Assembly: GCA_002104945.1 (NCBI GenBank)
Contig: MCFH01000064.1
Coordinates: 62,001 to 126,000 of the forward strand
Reading direction: 5' to 3'
DNA: 64,000 nucleotides
Origin: Piromyces finnis finn
Lineage: Eukaryota; Fungi; Neocallimastigomycota
Shown here: positions 16,581 to 30,200 of the stretch, in pieces
How the letters are laid out: every line of letters begins with the position of its first letter
Numbering within the stretch: position 1 is the first letter of the stretch
Position numbers and translations under genes: made by a program
Notes under the pieces: model-generated
Seen by the model: only the letters and a program-made list of their open reading frames with translations
Told to the model about the DNA's origin: nothing
The model's database searches: none

Positions 16581-18848
16581 TTAAAACATTTATTTACAAA
16601 TTAATAGCATATTATATATATTTATATAAAGTATAATTGTGAAGAATAGTATAGTAAAAGAAATAATTAATTTAAGCATTATTATTTCGGTTTAAATATA
16701 TAAATCATTTTGGGTTAGATTAAATTTAAACTATTTTTATTATTTAAATTTTTTATCAATTAAATTTATATATATAAAACATTATAAAATAAAGTTAATC
16801 AAAATTTTTAAATTTTTCTACCTTTTTAAAAATGTATTCTTTTATTAATAGAATTAAATTATATTTAATAATCTTGAATATATGATTAGAATTTATCTAC
16901 TTTAATAATAAAAATATTATACTAAATTATAATTTTCAGGCTTCAAATGTTTTCTATAAAATGACAAGCCATTTTACTTATTTTGATATTATTTAATTCT
17001 AAATTTTAATAAGACTCATTATTTGCATATAATAGTTAAATTAATTATACTTCATCTAAAGTTATTGTTAAAATAACGCTTAGAGCAATATTAAAAACCC
17101 TTTTTATATGAATTTAAATTATTTTTCTGTGAAATTGTTATTATATTTATTTCAATTAAAAGTTAATCTTTTTTTTATTTAGTAAAATTTATAATAATTT
17201 TGATTTATAATAATAAATTAAAAGAAAAAAGAAAATTGAGTTTATTGGTGATTATATATTTAAAAGGCTGAATATATATTTTTATTTCAGAGAATTAAGT
17301 ATAGCATTTTATTTTATAAATATATATTAAAGTTTAAATATAATTTACTAAGTTGCTTTGTTTTTTTTTTTTTTTTATATATAATAAATGTATATATATG
17401 TTTATTATTTTGATATAAAATGAAATTTAATAGAAAAAAAAAAAAGTATATTTTATAAACAAACATATACTTATCATTGCAAATTTTAAAATTGATTAAA
17501 ATACTTTATTTATTTTATATTAATTTTTTAGATAATATTTCTTACAATTTTTTATATTATAAAATACTTAATAAAACTATAAAAATATAATAAAGTATAT
17601 TTAAGTATATAAAAGTATTTATTATGGATAAATGGTTTCAAATAAATAGAAAAGATATGATACCTAGATATCTAAATTAATTATAAGAATATATTAATTA
17701 GAAAAAATTAGTTATTAAAAGTAATAATTATATAAAGCATTTTTGAAACTAAACTTTTTTCTTATTTATGTACAATAAAATTACTTTTTAATTATAAAAT
17801 CAATAGAAATTTAATGAAAAATATAATTCTTTTATTCATATAATAAAACTTAGTAAATAAGCAGAAATTCATTACTTAATGATTTATATTTAAAAAATAT
17901 AAATTATTAGGTCTATTAAGTAAAAAATAAAGAAATAATATTTCTGGATTTTAATAATATTTACAATTTCTATACTTTATTTTTCCCCATTATATAAATT
18001 TATTTCTATTTTGTTATATGTGAATTATTGAATTATAGTTAGAGATTTTTTTTTTTTTATAAAGTTATTACATTTAATAATTTTATTTATAACTAAAAAT
18101 AAGTGTAATATAAAAAGCTTATATGTATATTATTTTTGTTTATATTTAAGTATAAAAAAAAAAACGATACCTTAAAATCATACAGTAATTCATTATTGTT
18201 ATTAGTGTTGTAAAAAAGACAAAGAAGGTTTATAAATATATATTTATAAGTGGTATTGAAACATATTTTAATAAAAGATTCGTTTTTTTATAACAAACAT
18301 AATTATGAAATATAATACTTTTAATGTGAGTGACAAAAACTTAATTATTATTTTGTATTACAAATGGAGAAAAAATTAAAAAAAAAAAATAAGTTATAAC
18401 CTAATTATTAATATATTAATATATAATTATTTCTTTTTTAAAAAGTCTTGTATGTAATTATTTTTGTAAAAATTTAATGATTTAAATTATTTTATTAAAT
18501 TCATTTACTATATATATTTTTTTCAAAAATCGATTTTTTGTTACTATTTTAATAATTTTCGATAAATTTCAAATTTTAATATATAAAATAATATACCCTT
18601 CTTTTTTTTTTCTTTTAGTTTTTTTTTATGGTTGTTAAAAAGTGGAAATAATTGATATTTATATATATAAAAATTTATGTTTTATATATATTAATTTTAT
18701 TTATTTAAAACATAAATAAAAAGTAATTAGTTGAATCAAATTAAAAAAATTAGAATAATAAGGAATACATATTGAAAAAGTGTAATAAATTTTTAATAAA
18801 ATTATTATTAGTGTATAGTAAGAAATTTATTACACAATATAATAAAAC

Positions 18849-21716
18849 ATGTTATCAAGAAGAAGAGCAACAATATCAATAACTATTGTTATTGTGTTTT
18901 GTTTAGGTCTATTTTTTTATGATGCTAAACAAAAAGCTAATAATTTTGGAAATACTCAAAAAATTAATGTTCTTGAAGTTAGAGATAACAGAAAACAATC
19001 AAATATTATTGAAAATAATGGTAATGATGATGTCCTTAACGACGTCGAAAAGTTAAAAGATATTATTGATGATAATATTGCAAATGAAAATTTAAATTTA
19101 CATAGTAATAAAATCGTTAAAAGAGGTGTTATTAAAAATGAAAATGATGAAAGTATTAATAGCAACGCTCAAGATGCAAATGGCAATAATAATAACAATG
19201 ATAACATCCAGGATACAGATAATGCTAACAATAGTGACAATACACAACAAAATGCTATTAATAATGAAAATAATGCTGTTGATTCTAATCAAGAAATACA
19301 ATTTGTTGCCCCATATATTATACAAGATGATGACGCTGAAATAATTGCTAATTATCGTGGAGAAGAATTGGGTCCTGAATGGGAATGGGTTAAAGATATT
19401 TCTATTGTTTATACATGGGTTGATGGTTCTGATGTCGACTTTTTAGATTTAAAATCAAAGTATAATGGTGGTGTAAGAAAAGCTAACAGTAGAGATAGAT
19501 CTGCTGATGAACTTCGTTATTCATTACGTTCTTTGGAAAAGTATTTACCATGGCATAGAGGTGATATATTTCTTTGTACTAGTCAACAAATACCAAAATG
19601 GATGGATACATCAAACTCAAGAATTAAATTGATTTATCATAAAGATATCTTTCCTGAGCATGTTTATCCTACTTACGATTCCAATACAATTGAATTATTT
19701 TTAGATAAGATCCCAGGTATTACTGAAAGATTTATTTACTTTAATGATGATCTATTTTTAAATAATTATGTTCATCCAAGTTTCTTTTTTACAAGTGACA
19801 ATTTTTACCCTAAAGTATATAGACGTCATATTACAAAGATTTCAAGAGAACAGGTTGATAGAGTTATTAAAGATAATGATTTACATGACATATTCCAGGC
19901 TTCAAAGTACTTTACTCGTAAAATTATAAGAGAATACTTTGATAGAAGATTTAAATTCCGTGATTTATACCATACTGGTCATGTATTCTATCGTGATTTA
20001 TTTGAGCCTTACCGTCAACTTTTTAAAGAAGAATTAAAAAGAGTCTGTTCTGATAGATTAAGAAATCCATATAAATTACAAGTTATTTATCTTTATCAAA
20101 CATTTATGCAATATGCTACATTGCATGATGAATTCCCAAAGAAAATTGGTGGAAATGGAAAGGCAAGATTATTTGAAGGCTATGAATTTCCAACAAATTT
20201 AAATAGAACTATTACAAAATATTCCTGTAAAGTTATTCAAACTACCGCAAACGATAGATTTATGAAATATGGTAGAATTACAGATGATTTCAAAAGAAAT
20301 GAAAGATATTTTAAGTTGTATAAAACTCATCCAAATCTTATCATTTATAATTTTAATGATGCTTATACAAAAAATAAGTCACTTTATCAATTTACTAATT
20401 ATATGATTACAAGATATCCGGTTCCATCTTCTTTTGAAAAAAAGGAATATGTAGATTTAGAAGTTGCATTATATCCAGAATTTAATAAAGTTAATAAGAT
20501 ATCCCATAAAATTACTAGTTCATTACCTGAAGACTACAATAAAGGAAATATAGCAAGATTTAGGGATGTTATTAGACATCATAGATTAAAGGAAATTAGT
20601 CTTTATTTAAGAGATAAATATGCATTAGCTGGTCCACAAAAAGTGATTAGTAAAAGAGAACAAGAAGAAATTGATTTCCTTTTAAAGTATAATGGAGGAG
20701 ATTTAGAAAAGGAATGGACATGGGCAAAAGATATATCATTTGTATATATTTTAGAAAATGATAATGAAAATATAAATATTTCTGAAGAAGTTGAAAAGTT
20801 AAAGTATTCATTACGTTCAATAGAAAAATTTTTACCATGGCATACAGGAAATATTTATATTATAACACAGAAAGAAGCTGAAGATGAACTTTCATGGATA
20901 AATTATAGTAATAAACAACTTAAGGTTATTAATCAAAGTGAAATAATTCCTAATATGATAAGTGGACTTAAAAATAAGCATGTAATTGAAATGTATTTAG
21001 ATTTAATACCAGGAATATCTGAAAGATTTGTTCATCTTACATGTAATCACTTTTTCATTAATTATACTCATCCAAGATTCTTCTTCAGTAAAGAATATTA
21101 TCCAAAATACAATTACAAATACGCATTATCAAGTAATGAATTAGAAATCGCAAGAGTTGAGGATAAATCTTTTGTATATACATACCTTGTTATTACAGAT
21201 TATTTCTCTAAAACATATGTTACATCACATAGATATTATGAAAACGCACCATTCCCTCTTTACCGTGATTTCTTTGAACCAATTCGTTATCTTTATAGAA
21301 AATATGTTAGAAGAACCGTTAAACATATTACTTATGCTGATGATGATCTATTACCATTATATTTAGTTTCAACATATAATATATATGGTACAGATCAGCC
21401 ATATTTCCCAGAATATGTTGCTGGATATGGAAGAATAAGAATATCTGATCCTCCAATTCTTAATGAAAAAAGAACAATTAATTACTATGGTTTTGATATT
21501 ACTTCATCTAATATTTCAAAGAATACAACAGAATATGATATTCCATTAAATAGCTTCACAAAAGGTAATGAAATGCTAATTAAAGAAATCCAAAAATCAA
21601 AAAAATTGTTTTTCAGTCTTGAAGAAAAAAAGAACAAAATAACAATGGAAAATACTTCAGATGTAATAAAAGAATTAAATAATATATATGACAAAAAGTC
21701 ATCATACGAAGTTTAA
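18849..21716 (+). CDS. Stealth-family (CpsY/XcbA/GNPTAB-like) putative hexose-1-phosphotransferase, type II membrane anchor, two tandem Stealth modules, intronless, 955 aa
   Basis: CR1 DISIVYTWVDGSD; CR2 ELRYSLRSLEKYLPW...SNTIELFLDKIPGITERFIYFNDDLF. A second copy reads DISFVY...KYSLRSIEKFLPW...IEMYLDLIPGISERF. N-terminal hydrophobic segment ITIVIVFCLGLFFY. Confidence 0.9.
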   Translation: MLSRRRATISITIVIVFCLGLFFYDAKQKANNFGNTQKINVLEVRDNRKQSNIIENNGNDDVLNDVEKLKDIIDDNIANENLNLHSNKIVKRGVIKNENDESINSNAQDANGNNNNNDNIQDTDNANNSDNTQQNAINNENNAVDSNQEIQFVAPYIIQDDDAEIIANYRGEELGPEWEWVKDISIVYTWVDGSDVDFLDLKSKYNGGVRKANSRDRSADELRYSLRSLEKYLPWHRGDIFLCTSQQIPKWMDTSNSRIKLIYHKDIFPEHVYPTYDSNTIELFLDKIPGITERFIYFNDDLFLNNYVHPSFFFTSDNFYPKVYRRHITKISREQVDRVIKDNDLHDIFQASKYFTRKIIREYFDRRFKFRDLYHTGHVFYRDLFEPYRQLFKEELKRVCSDRLRNPYKLQVIYLYQTFMQYATLHDEFPKKIGGNGKARLFEGYEFPTNLNRTITKYSCKVIQTTANDRFMKYGRITDDFKRNERYFKLYKTHPNLIIYNFNDAYTKNKSLYQFTNYMITRYPVPSSFEKKEYVDLEVALYPEFNKVNKISHKITSSLPEDYNKGNIARFRDVIRHHRLKEISLYLRDKYALAGPQKVISKREQEEIDFLLKYNGGDLEKEWTWAKDISFVYILENDNENINISEEVEKLKYSLRSIEKFLPWHTGNIYIITQKEAEDELSWINYSNKQLKVINQSEIIPNMISGLKNKHVIEMYLDLIPGISERFVHLTCNHFFINYTHPRFFFSKEYYPKYNYKYALSSNELEIARVEDKSFVYTYLVITDYFSKTYVTSHRYYENAPFPLYRDFFEPIRYLYRKYVRRTVKHITYADDDLLPLYLVSTYNIYGTDQPYFPEYVAGYGRIRISDPPILNEKRTINYYGFDITSSNISKNTTEYDIPLNSFTKGNEMLIKEIQKSKKLFFSLEEKKNKITMENTSDVIKELNNIYDKKSSYEV

Positions 21717-22440
21717 AAAAAAAAAAGAAAGAAGAAAACTAGAACTAAAAAAAAAAAAAAATAAGAAAGAATCAAATAATTATTTATTTTATATTAACTT
21801 ATTTATACAATATTTTTATTATATTTGAATTAAACATACTATTTAGTTAAAATAAATTATAAAAAGTATATTTCATATATATATATATTATTAAATAATT
21901 AGAAAAACAATTAGGAAATATATAGTTCTAACTATTAGATATATACATATAACATTTAAAATTTTATTTAAAATTCTGTATAAAAACTATTATCTATAAT
22001 TTTGAAGATAATTTAATTTATATCATATACATAAATTAATAAATAAAAAATTAATTTTTTTTAAAAGACATTATATCATAATTATTTCTTATGATATTAT
22101 AAGAATTCATATATAAATTCTATAAAATAGGAAATATTGAAGTATTGAAAAATAAATTTCACCAATTTTGAAATAATATTTATTTTAACAAGTTTTAAAA
22201 TTATATTAATAATATTTAATTTGAATATAATTTATTTAGAATTTAGAGTTAAATAATATTCCACAAAAAAATAATTGGAAAAATTGAAAATCTTAAATTT
22301 TTTAAACCTTAATATAAAATAAATAAAATGGTGATTTATTTAATTTCCCTCTTTAAAATTAAAAAGTAAAATAAAATAATTTTAAAAATATTTTTTTTTG
22401 TTATTTCTATATTGATTATTATTGATATCGTATATTTATA

Positions 22441-24606
22441 ATGATAAGTAAAAAACAATTCTATTTTGTTATAATTTCTGTTATAGTGGCATCTTTTGCA
22501 ATAATAGGTAATAAATAATATTTTTAGGATTATATATACTAAAATTTAATTAAAATTTTAATATATATATATATATATATATATAATAAAATTAAGATAA
22601 ATTGTGTTTAAGGAAAATATTTATCAACGATAAAGTAAATTTAGCATTAAAAACAAAAAGAAATATTTTTAAAGATATTTTTGTTAAAGATGAATTAGTT
22701 AAAGAGATATCAAAAAAAGATGAAAGCTATGCTGAATATTGTAAAGAAATATTTGGAGAATTTATAGATGAATTAAGAGAAAGAAATAAAGATATTGAAC
22801 CTAAAAATACAGATAAGACAATTACTATAAAAATAGCTCTAACAAACACCATTAGTAATATATCAGGAACAAATTTAGAAGCTGAGTTTATGGCAAATGC
22901 TTTAAATGAATGGGCTAAGGGTGAATTTTTATCTTATGCAGAAAATATAAAGTATGATGTAATTCTTTATAAAAATTCTGATGATCTACATGAAACTATA
23001 TCTTCATATTTATATGTAAAGAGTCCAGAATATGATATAGTAATGCTTGATATTGTTTGGGTTGGCCAATATAAGAATTATTTACTCGATATTACGGACA
23101 TTATTAGTAACCAAACAACAAGTTTGTATAAAGAAGAGAATTTAAATTCATGTAAATCTGGCACAGAATTAGTTGGATTAGTATGTTATATATATATATT
23201 TTAATTTTATGTTGTATATTAAAATTCTATATTAATATAGACTAAATTAATATTAATATTCCTATTAAATATTAGCCATTATATACTGATTATGGAATTA
23301 TGATGTACAGAGAAGATCTTTTGGAAAAGTATAACAGAGAAGTACCAAAAACATGGGATCAACTAGAAGAAACTACATTATATATATTGGAAAAAGAACA
23401 TGAAAATGGAAATAAAAACTTAAAAGGTTATGCAGGTCAATTTTCAGGTAAATTAAGGTGTACTATTACAATTTATATTAACACAATAAACTGCAATAAT
23501 AATAACAACAATATGTAAATTATAATATTAGCATATGAAGGTTTAACTTGTAATATTGTAGAATGGATTTATTCCTATCGTGAAAGTTATGGATCAGAAT
23601 GTAAATACTTTTCTGATGAAGCTGCTTCTAATGCATTAGAAAAAATAAGTAAATTTTTGGATGAAGGAGTTATGCCAGGTAATAATAAAATTCTTTAATT
23701 ACTTATATATCTATATAAAGTATAGTTAATATTAATAAACAATTTCATAATATTAACATAAAAATTATTATTTTATTAATTAGTTGAAAATTTTGAATAC
23801 AAGGAAGATGAATCCTTAAAGGAATGGTTAGATGGTAATCTTATTTTTATTAGAAATTGGCCAGGAAGTATTAAAACATCAAGTGTAAAGTTTGAAGGCT
23901 CATCGATAAAATTTGGTGTAACTCCTCTTCCTGGTCAACAAGAAGGAATTTCTGCTTCAACATTAGGTGGATGGGTAATTGGTGCTTCGAAGTTTACAAA
24001 AAATCAATATATTGCTGCAAAAACTGTTGAATACTTAACAGGTGAAGAATTCCAAAGATTTAAAGCAAAACATTTTAATTTATTACCAACTATGGATCAT
24101 TTATATGCTGGTAAATTTTAAATTACATAACTAATGATACTAATAAATAGCTTTTCACAAATTATTAAATATACGTATATTAAATATATTATATATTATA
24201 TATATATATATATATAAAAGATTCTGAAGTATGTGAAGTAATTCAATGCGATTTATTCAAAAATATGCAAGGTGTATTAAGACCATCTGATGGTAATAGA
24301 TATTCAGAATATACAGCAATTATATATAAAACTGTTAGGAAAGTTTTACTTAAAGAAATGACTATTGAAAATGCTTTTCGTATTATTATTAGTTATACCG
24401 ATAGTATGTATATATAAATATCAAATTTCTAATCTATTTTTCATACTAATCTCAAAATTAATATATTATATATTTAATTAGAATCCATATTATTTATTAC
24501 ACAATTATGTACTAATATAGAAAATCTTATAATAACACTTACAGTCATATTTATATATGCTGGAATTTTTGCATATTATATTTATTTTTCATTTTTCGAA
24601 AAATAA
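22441..24606 (+). CDS. Bacterial-type sugar solute-binding protein (family 1, trehalose/maltose-binding-like) with N-terminal and C-terminal hydrophobic segments and no 7TM domain, 7 exons
   Basis: Spliced product MISKKQFYFVIISVIVASFAII-D...DIVMLDIVWVGQY...LVGL|PLYTDYG...VPKTWDQL...AYEGLTCNIVEW...FIRNWP...TLGGWVIG...LIITLTVIFIYAGIFAYYIYFSFFEK*. All junctions are GT-AG and in frame; the last exon is the least certain. Confidence 0.8.
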
Positions 24607-25093
24607 TTTTTTTGTATTATAATAAGTTTTTTAAGGTTTTAATATTAAAATAAATTAATTACAAATTTATGATCATTTCATTTGTAATTATTATCTATTT
24701 AATATTTATTAAAAAGTTGGTAATATCATTAAATTAGTCAATTGTATTATATTTTTTTATTTTAATTATGAACATATATAATACATATTGAATATCATTA
24801 TTTTTATTAATTTGATTTTATTAGAATGTATCATAAATAAAACTATAAATCAAAAATAGTAAATTTAATAATTAGGTTTACCATTAAGCATCAAAAAATT
24901 GTTATTTTTTAAACAAATTAGTAAATGAAATTTTTTTATTTCTTTTAAGGAAAGGTTATATTATTTTTAACTATATTTATAACGCTATATTTTTTATTTT
25001 TATTAATATTCTATTAAAAAATAATTAACTCAAACGTAATATTTAATAGAAAAAAATTAAAAATTAAAATGTGTAATAAAATTAAAGTAATAC

Positions 25094-25094
<1 letters not shown>

Positions 25095-25161
<67 letters not shown>
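25095..25161. repeat. (TAA)n microsatellite, about 22 units
   Basis: Uninterrupted taa run in the intergenic region. Other simple repeats: (AAAT)n ~222-262, (ATT)n ~10420-10460, (TTAT)n ~16545-16581, (AT)n ~22560-22584. Confidence 0.95.
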
Positions 25162-25162
<1 letters not shown>

Positions 25163-25503
25163 TAAATATAAAAATACTTCTGTGGTTAATTTTTTATAAT
25201 AATTCCTTATAAGTAGAATATATTATTAAACAAAGAATATAATACATAAAATATACTTGAATATAGAAAATAAGAAAATATTTTGAAAGTGAAATAATTA
25301 TTTTTAATTTTTTCTATATTAATGTAAAATATACTTAAAAATAATATATATTTGTTCTTTATTAAATTAAATGAAAATAATTATACATAATATTATATAT
25401 TATATTATTATATATTATATGATATTTTAATCAAATTTAACTAATAATCGTTACAGTAAAATTCAATCTACTATAATTTTTTATTATTATTAGTTTTTAG
25501 TAG

Positions 25504-27189
25504 TTATTTTTTTTTTCGATTAGTATTATTTACTGAATTCAAAGATGATTTTGTTGAAGTTTTCTTTTTAGATATTGAGTTAGTGCTATTGGTTATTTTT
25601 TTAATTGTAGTTTTAGTTTTACTCGTTGTTGTTTTATTTGGCGAAACTTTAGAAGGCGATAATTTATTAATAGAGGTTTTGTTGAGTGAACTTTTATATG
25701 ATGAAGCTTTAGTAGAAGATGATTTACTAGTTTTACTTGAAATACTATTTAGTGAACTTTTTTGTGAATTTACTGAATCTGAAGTGGAGTTTTGGCTTCT
25801 AGATTCAAAAGTAATTTTTGGTTTTGAAGGATTTATTGGATTAGAACTAATTATTTTTTTCTTTATTATACTATTACCTGAAATCGAAGATACAGTAGAA
25901 GAAGCTGATATACTAGAAGATGCTGACATAATTGATGAAGCAGGTGAACTTGATTTTATTGTAGAACAGGATGACTTTATGGAGTTACTTCGAGTTGATG
26001 ATGATGTAATACTACTTATGATACTATTATTTTTTTCTGGTGTTGAGGATTTGGAATTATTACTAGATTTTACTGAAGAAGAAGATGACCAAATAGAGCT
26101 ACTCTTTGAAGGTGATAAGAAATTACTATCATCACATTTATCGATATGGTCATTTTTTCTTGTTTCACATTTTATATCTGGATTACTTGGTTTTCTTTTA
26201 TTTATTTCTCCGGAAAGTACTGGATGTTCCATATCTAACTCTTTTATTTCACTTAGATCAACTATATCAACAGAAATATCAGTATCACTAGGTTCATTTT
26301 TACTTAGGATAATATTCTTTTTTACATTATTATTTGTTGTTGTTGTTGACTCATTAGTTTTCTTTTTATTTGTATTTTCTATTGTATTTATTTTGTTATT
26401 TATTTTTGAAGTATCAGTTTTAATAATACTTTTTTTAGTATTATCTGTTTTTTTTATAGTGTTATTATTAGTATCATTTTTTGATGTTGTTTTTTTCGTT
26501 AAATTATTAATTTCATTTTTTTCTATCTTTTTTCTCGTTGTTGTTGTTGTTGTTGTTGATGATTGCTTCACTATATATTAAAATTAATGATATATTATTG
26601 AATATATGAATATATAATTATCTAATAATTATTTTATTTATAATTTTAATAGTTTCATTATATAATAGATATTATATAAAATATATATACCACTATCACT
26701 ATTTCCAATCATTTTAGGTTTTAAGGTAGTTTTCTCATCACCAAGTATCTTACTTTTTTGGGATGAATAACTTGTATCTGACTTGATAGATGTATTAGAT
26801 GAATTTTTATTTATTTTTGATTTACTAGCTATACTACTTTGATCACTTTTTACAGATGATGATGTAGCCTTCCCTCCGATAGGTTTAGTACTATTTCCAG
26901 ACATATTTTCAATACTATTTTTAATATAAGGCTTATTATAAACTTGCTTTCCAAATTGATTAATATTATTGTACTTAAAATGATCTAATAAAGAATATTT
27001 ATTTCTTTTAGCTTGGTCTGGTGAAAGATGGAAAATAAGACTTTCTTCTTTTTCTTTTATTTTATCTTCTGATATTAATCTTTCAAAATTTATTTCATCG
27101 ATTTTATTATAAATTTCGTAATAATATATGCTTTTATAACATTCTGTATCATAAACTGGTAAAGTAAATTTTTTCATTTCATTTATAGG

Positions 27190-27226
<37 letters not shown>

Positions 27227-30200
27227 GTGGTTTCAGTTGCTAAATTTATTTTATTCCTGTTTGAGGATTTAGTTATATTGGTACCTGAATTTAAAAGTGT
27301 TTTCTTAAGTGGCGATGGTTTTACTTTAGTGGGTGTTTTATTACTGCTTAATGAATTAATAGACTTCAAACTATTTTTTTTAGATTGTTGTAATTTATCG
27401 TTATTCATAAAAAAGTTGATAGTTAGATTACTTGAGTCTTTAGGGAATGATGAACTTGATATATACTTATTATTTTTCTGTAATTCTGGATAATTTAAAA
27501 CATCATTTATTATATTATTTGTATTGTTAAGATCAGCATCATCGGAATTTCGAATTATCAAAGAATTAGTAATAACATTAAACTTCTGTATAATTGAAGA
27601 ATCATTAAAAAGAAATAAGCAATGCCTAATTGATATTAATAATTCACATAAGTAAATTCTAATATTAGGAATTGGATCACGATATAAATCAATGATAGAA
27701 TATAAAAAATATTCACAAAAATATTTTGAACTAAATATTCCAATAGAATAATAGCAAATAACAAGATATAAATATCTAATATGGTAATCATTAGACTGTT
27801 TCATTTCTTTTATATATATTAATATATTTTTTATATTATAATTTTTGAGATATATTAATATAAATAGGTAGATAATATTACGAAATATTTTATATTTATA
27901 TTTATATTTAATAATATTTATTTTTTTAATATATTGCATTAATTTACCCTTTAAAAATGCATGGATTTTATCTCTGTGTTCAATTTTTTTACTCATTTTA
28001 AGGAAAATACAAATATTTTTACATAATAATTGTTTAACTGGTCGAACAACAGATTTCTAGAAATATAATTATATATTAATAATTAATTATTATATAATTA
28101 TTTGAATTTACTATATTTAATTATATAAAGAACATTATAAATTATATTAGAAGCATACGTCAAGTAATTGATTAAAAATCAGTGGTGTGAAGTGATTATT
28201 AATTATATCCATATTAAAAATTTTTGGAAAGTATTCGAAATTTTTTACAATGCATTCTTGGGCTCTCCAATTTAAAGGAGCAATGGTTTTACACCGATTA
28301 TAGGCATTAATTATTTCTTTTGCTATATCATTAAATTTTGCTGATGGATCTTTCGAAAAATTTCCTAAAATATATGCCATATTTTTAAATATTGCTTCTA
28401 AAACATTAATATCATTATCTTTTAATAATGATATTAATGATGATGATAAATGCTTATATGATGATTTATTGTACAGTGGTGTAAACTATATATTGTTTAT
28501 GTATTATTATATAATATTATATAAATAAAAATTTTTGATATTTATTTCTTTAAAAATATTCATTAATTGGATATACCTCATGAAAACATTTAGACATTGA
28601 TATTCTTACTGCATTACTTTTACTCTGACAAAAGTAGTTAATAATTTCACACATTTTTTCTTTTTCGTAGTTTAATTGCTCTGATATAAAAGCAATACAC
28701 TTTTTTTTTATTATTATTTTTATAAAATAAAAAATAATTATTAATATAAGCAATTCTAATTTTTATTTTTGAATATATGATTCATATATTGTATCTTCAT
28801 ACCGGTAAATTATATATATAATCAATACAATCTTTTTCATTTTGTGAAATTGAAACAGATATATAATACTTTATAAATATTTCCAATTCATCTGTATTGA
28901 CAAAGTCTAATTTTGATATTTATTTTATTAGTAAAAATTCAATTAGAAAATGAAAAGAATAAAATTGAAATAATAATATATACCTTTCAAATTCCATACT
29001 AATAAACCGATTTTTTCTTTTATGGATTCAGAATATTTAGTAGGTTGATCACTTATAATTGATTTTAATGTTGGATATATTATATCAATATCTAATCCTA
29101 TATTTTATTAATAATTTAAAATAATTTCATAAATTATTAATTACTTCATTTAATTAAATGAAATTTTTATGATTAATAAGATTGTATATATTGTATATTG
29201 TATATATTATTGTACTTTTTGCAATATCTGGAATAATATCGATTACATTTCGTAGTGCAGTATTTCTAACTATATCTTCTTCGTCAAGAATCAGCTCAAT
29301 GTATTCCGACATTAGTTCTTTTAGAAAACTATCAAGTCTATTATAATATAAGGCAAGTTATTATTTGTCAATATATAATGTTATAAAGTTCACGATTTTC
29401 ATATATTATTATATTTACTTTAAATTTTTAAAAATTTGATTTAATTGTTCACTCATATATTTTCTAATTTCATATAGAGTATCTTGACATAAAGTTACAA
29501 TTTTTGGGAAAAGTATAGTTTCCAATCTGTAATATTTAAATTGATATATGAATATTTTATTATTTATTTATTACTCATAAAAATATAATTATTACGTTGA
29601 TGAGTTGACATATCCAGATAATGTGCCCATAATTCTTGCACACATCTCTCTAAATTCAGTTGGCTTAGATAAATCTATATTTGATTTCATCTCAGAAATC
29701 AACTATATTTATTATTTAGTATATATGCCAAATCAATGAAAAATTTTATATTTTTGTTCAATATTAATATATTATGATATATAATTTAATTATTTATTTT
29801 TTATTAGTGAAAAAAAAAAAAAAAAAAAAAAAAATACCTGACTCGATATTATATCTTCAGGCAAAATGGGTATCATTTCATTTAATATTTTAATCCATAA
29901 ATCGACAAATTCTTATCGTGAAAAATGTTTAAATAAGAAAATAGTGATAATTATATTAATAATATATAATCAAATTTTTTAAAAATTATTACTTTTTGTT
30001 TTTAATAAAATATTATTATTGGTATAGGTCATAATAATAAAATTTCATTAATACCATCATCTTTTTTCTTTGTTGATTGTAAAAATTCTTTTATTAATGG
30101 TATAAACTGTCCTATTATTTGTTTTTCGAGCAAGTTTTCTTTAATAATATCTAAAAATGATTCTCCAAATATTTTTTGTATATTTGTAGTTTCATCTTTA

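Noticed and set aside
25583-26581. 332-aa plus-strand hydrophobic ORF and other antisense or overlapping ORFs in the track (e.g. 11971-12171, 14788-15156, 18956-19344, 33399-33611, 36574-36898, 49628-49906, 50623-50970)
   Set aside because: These are shadows of real opposite-strand or other-frame coding sequence; low-complexity codons lack stops on the reverse strand.
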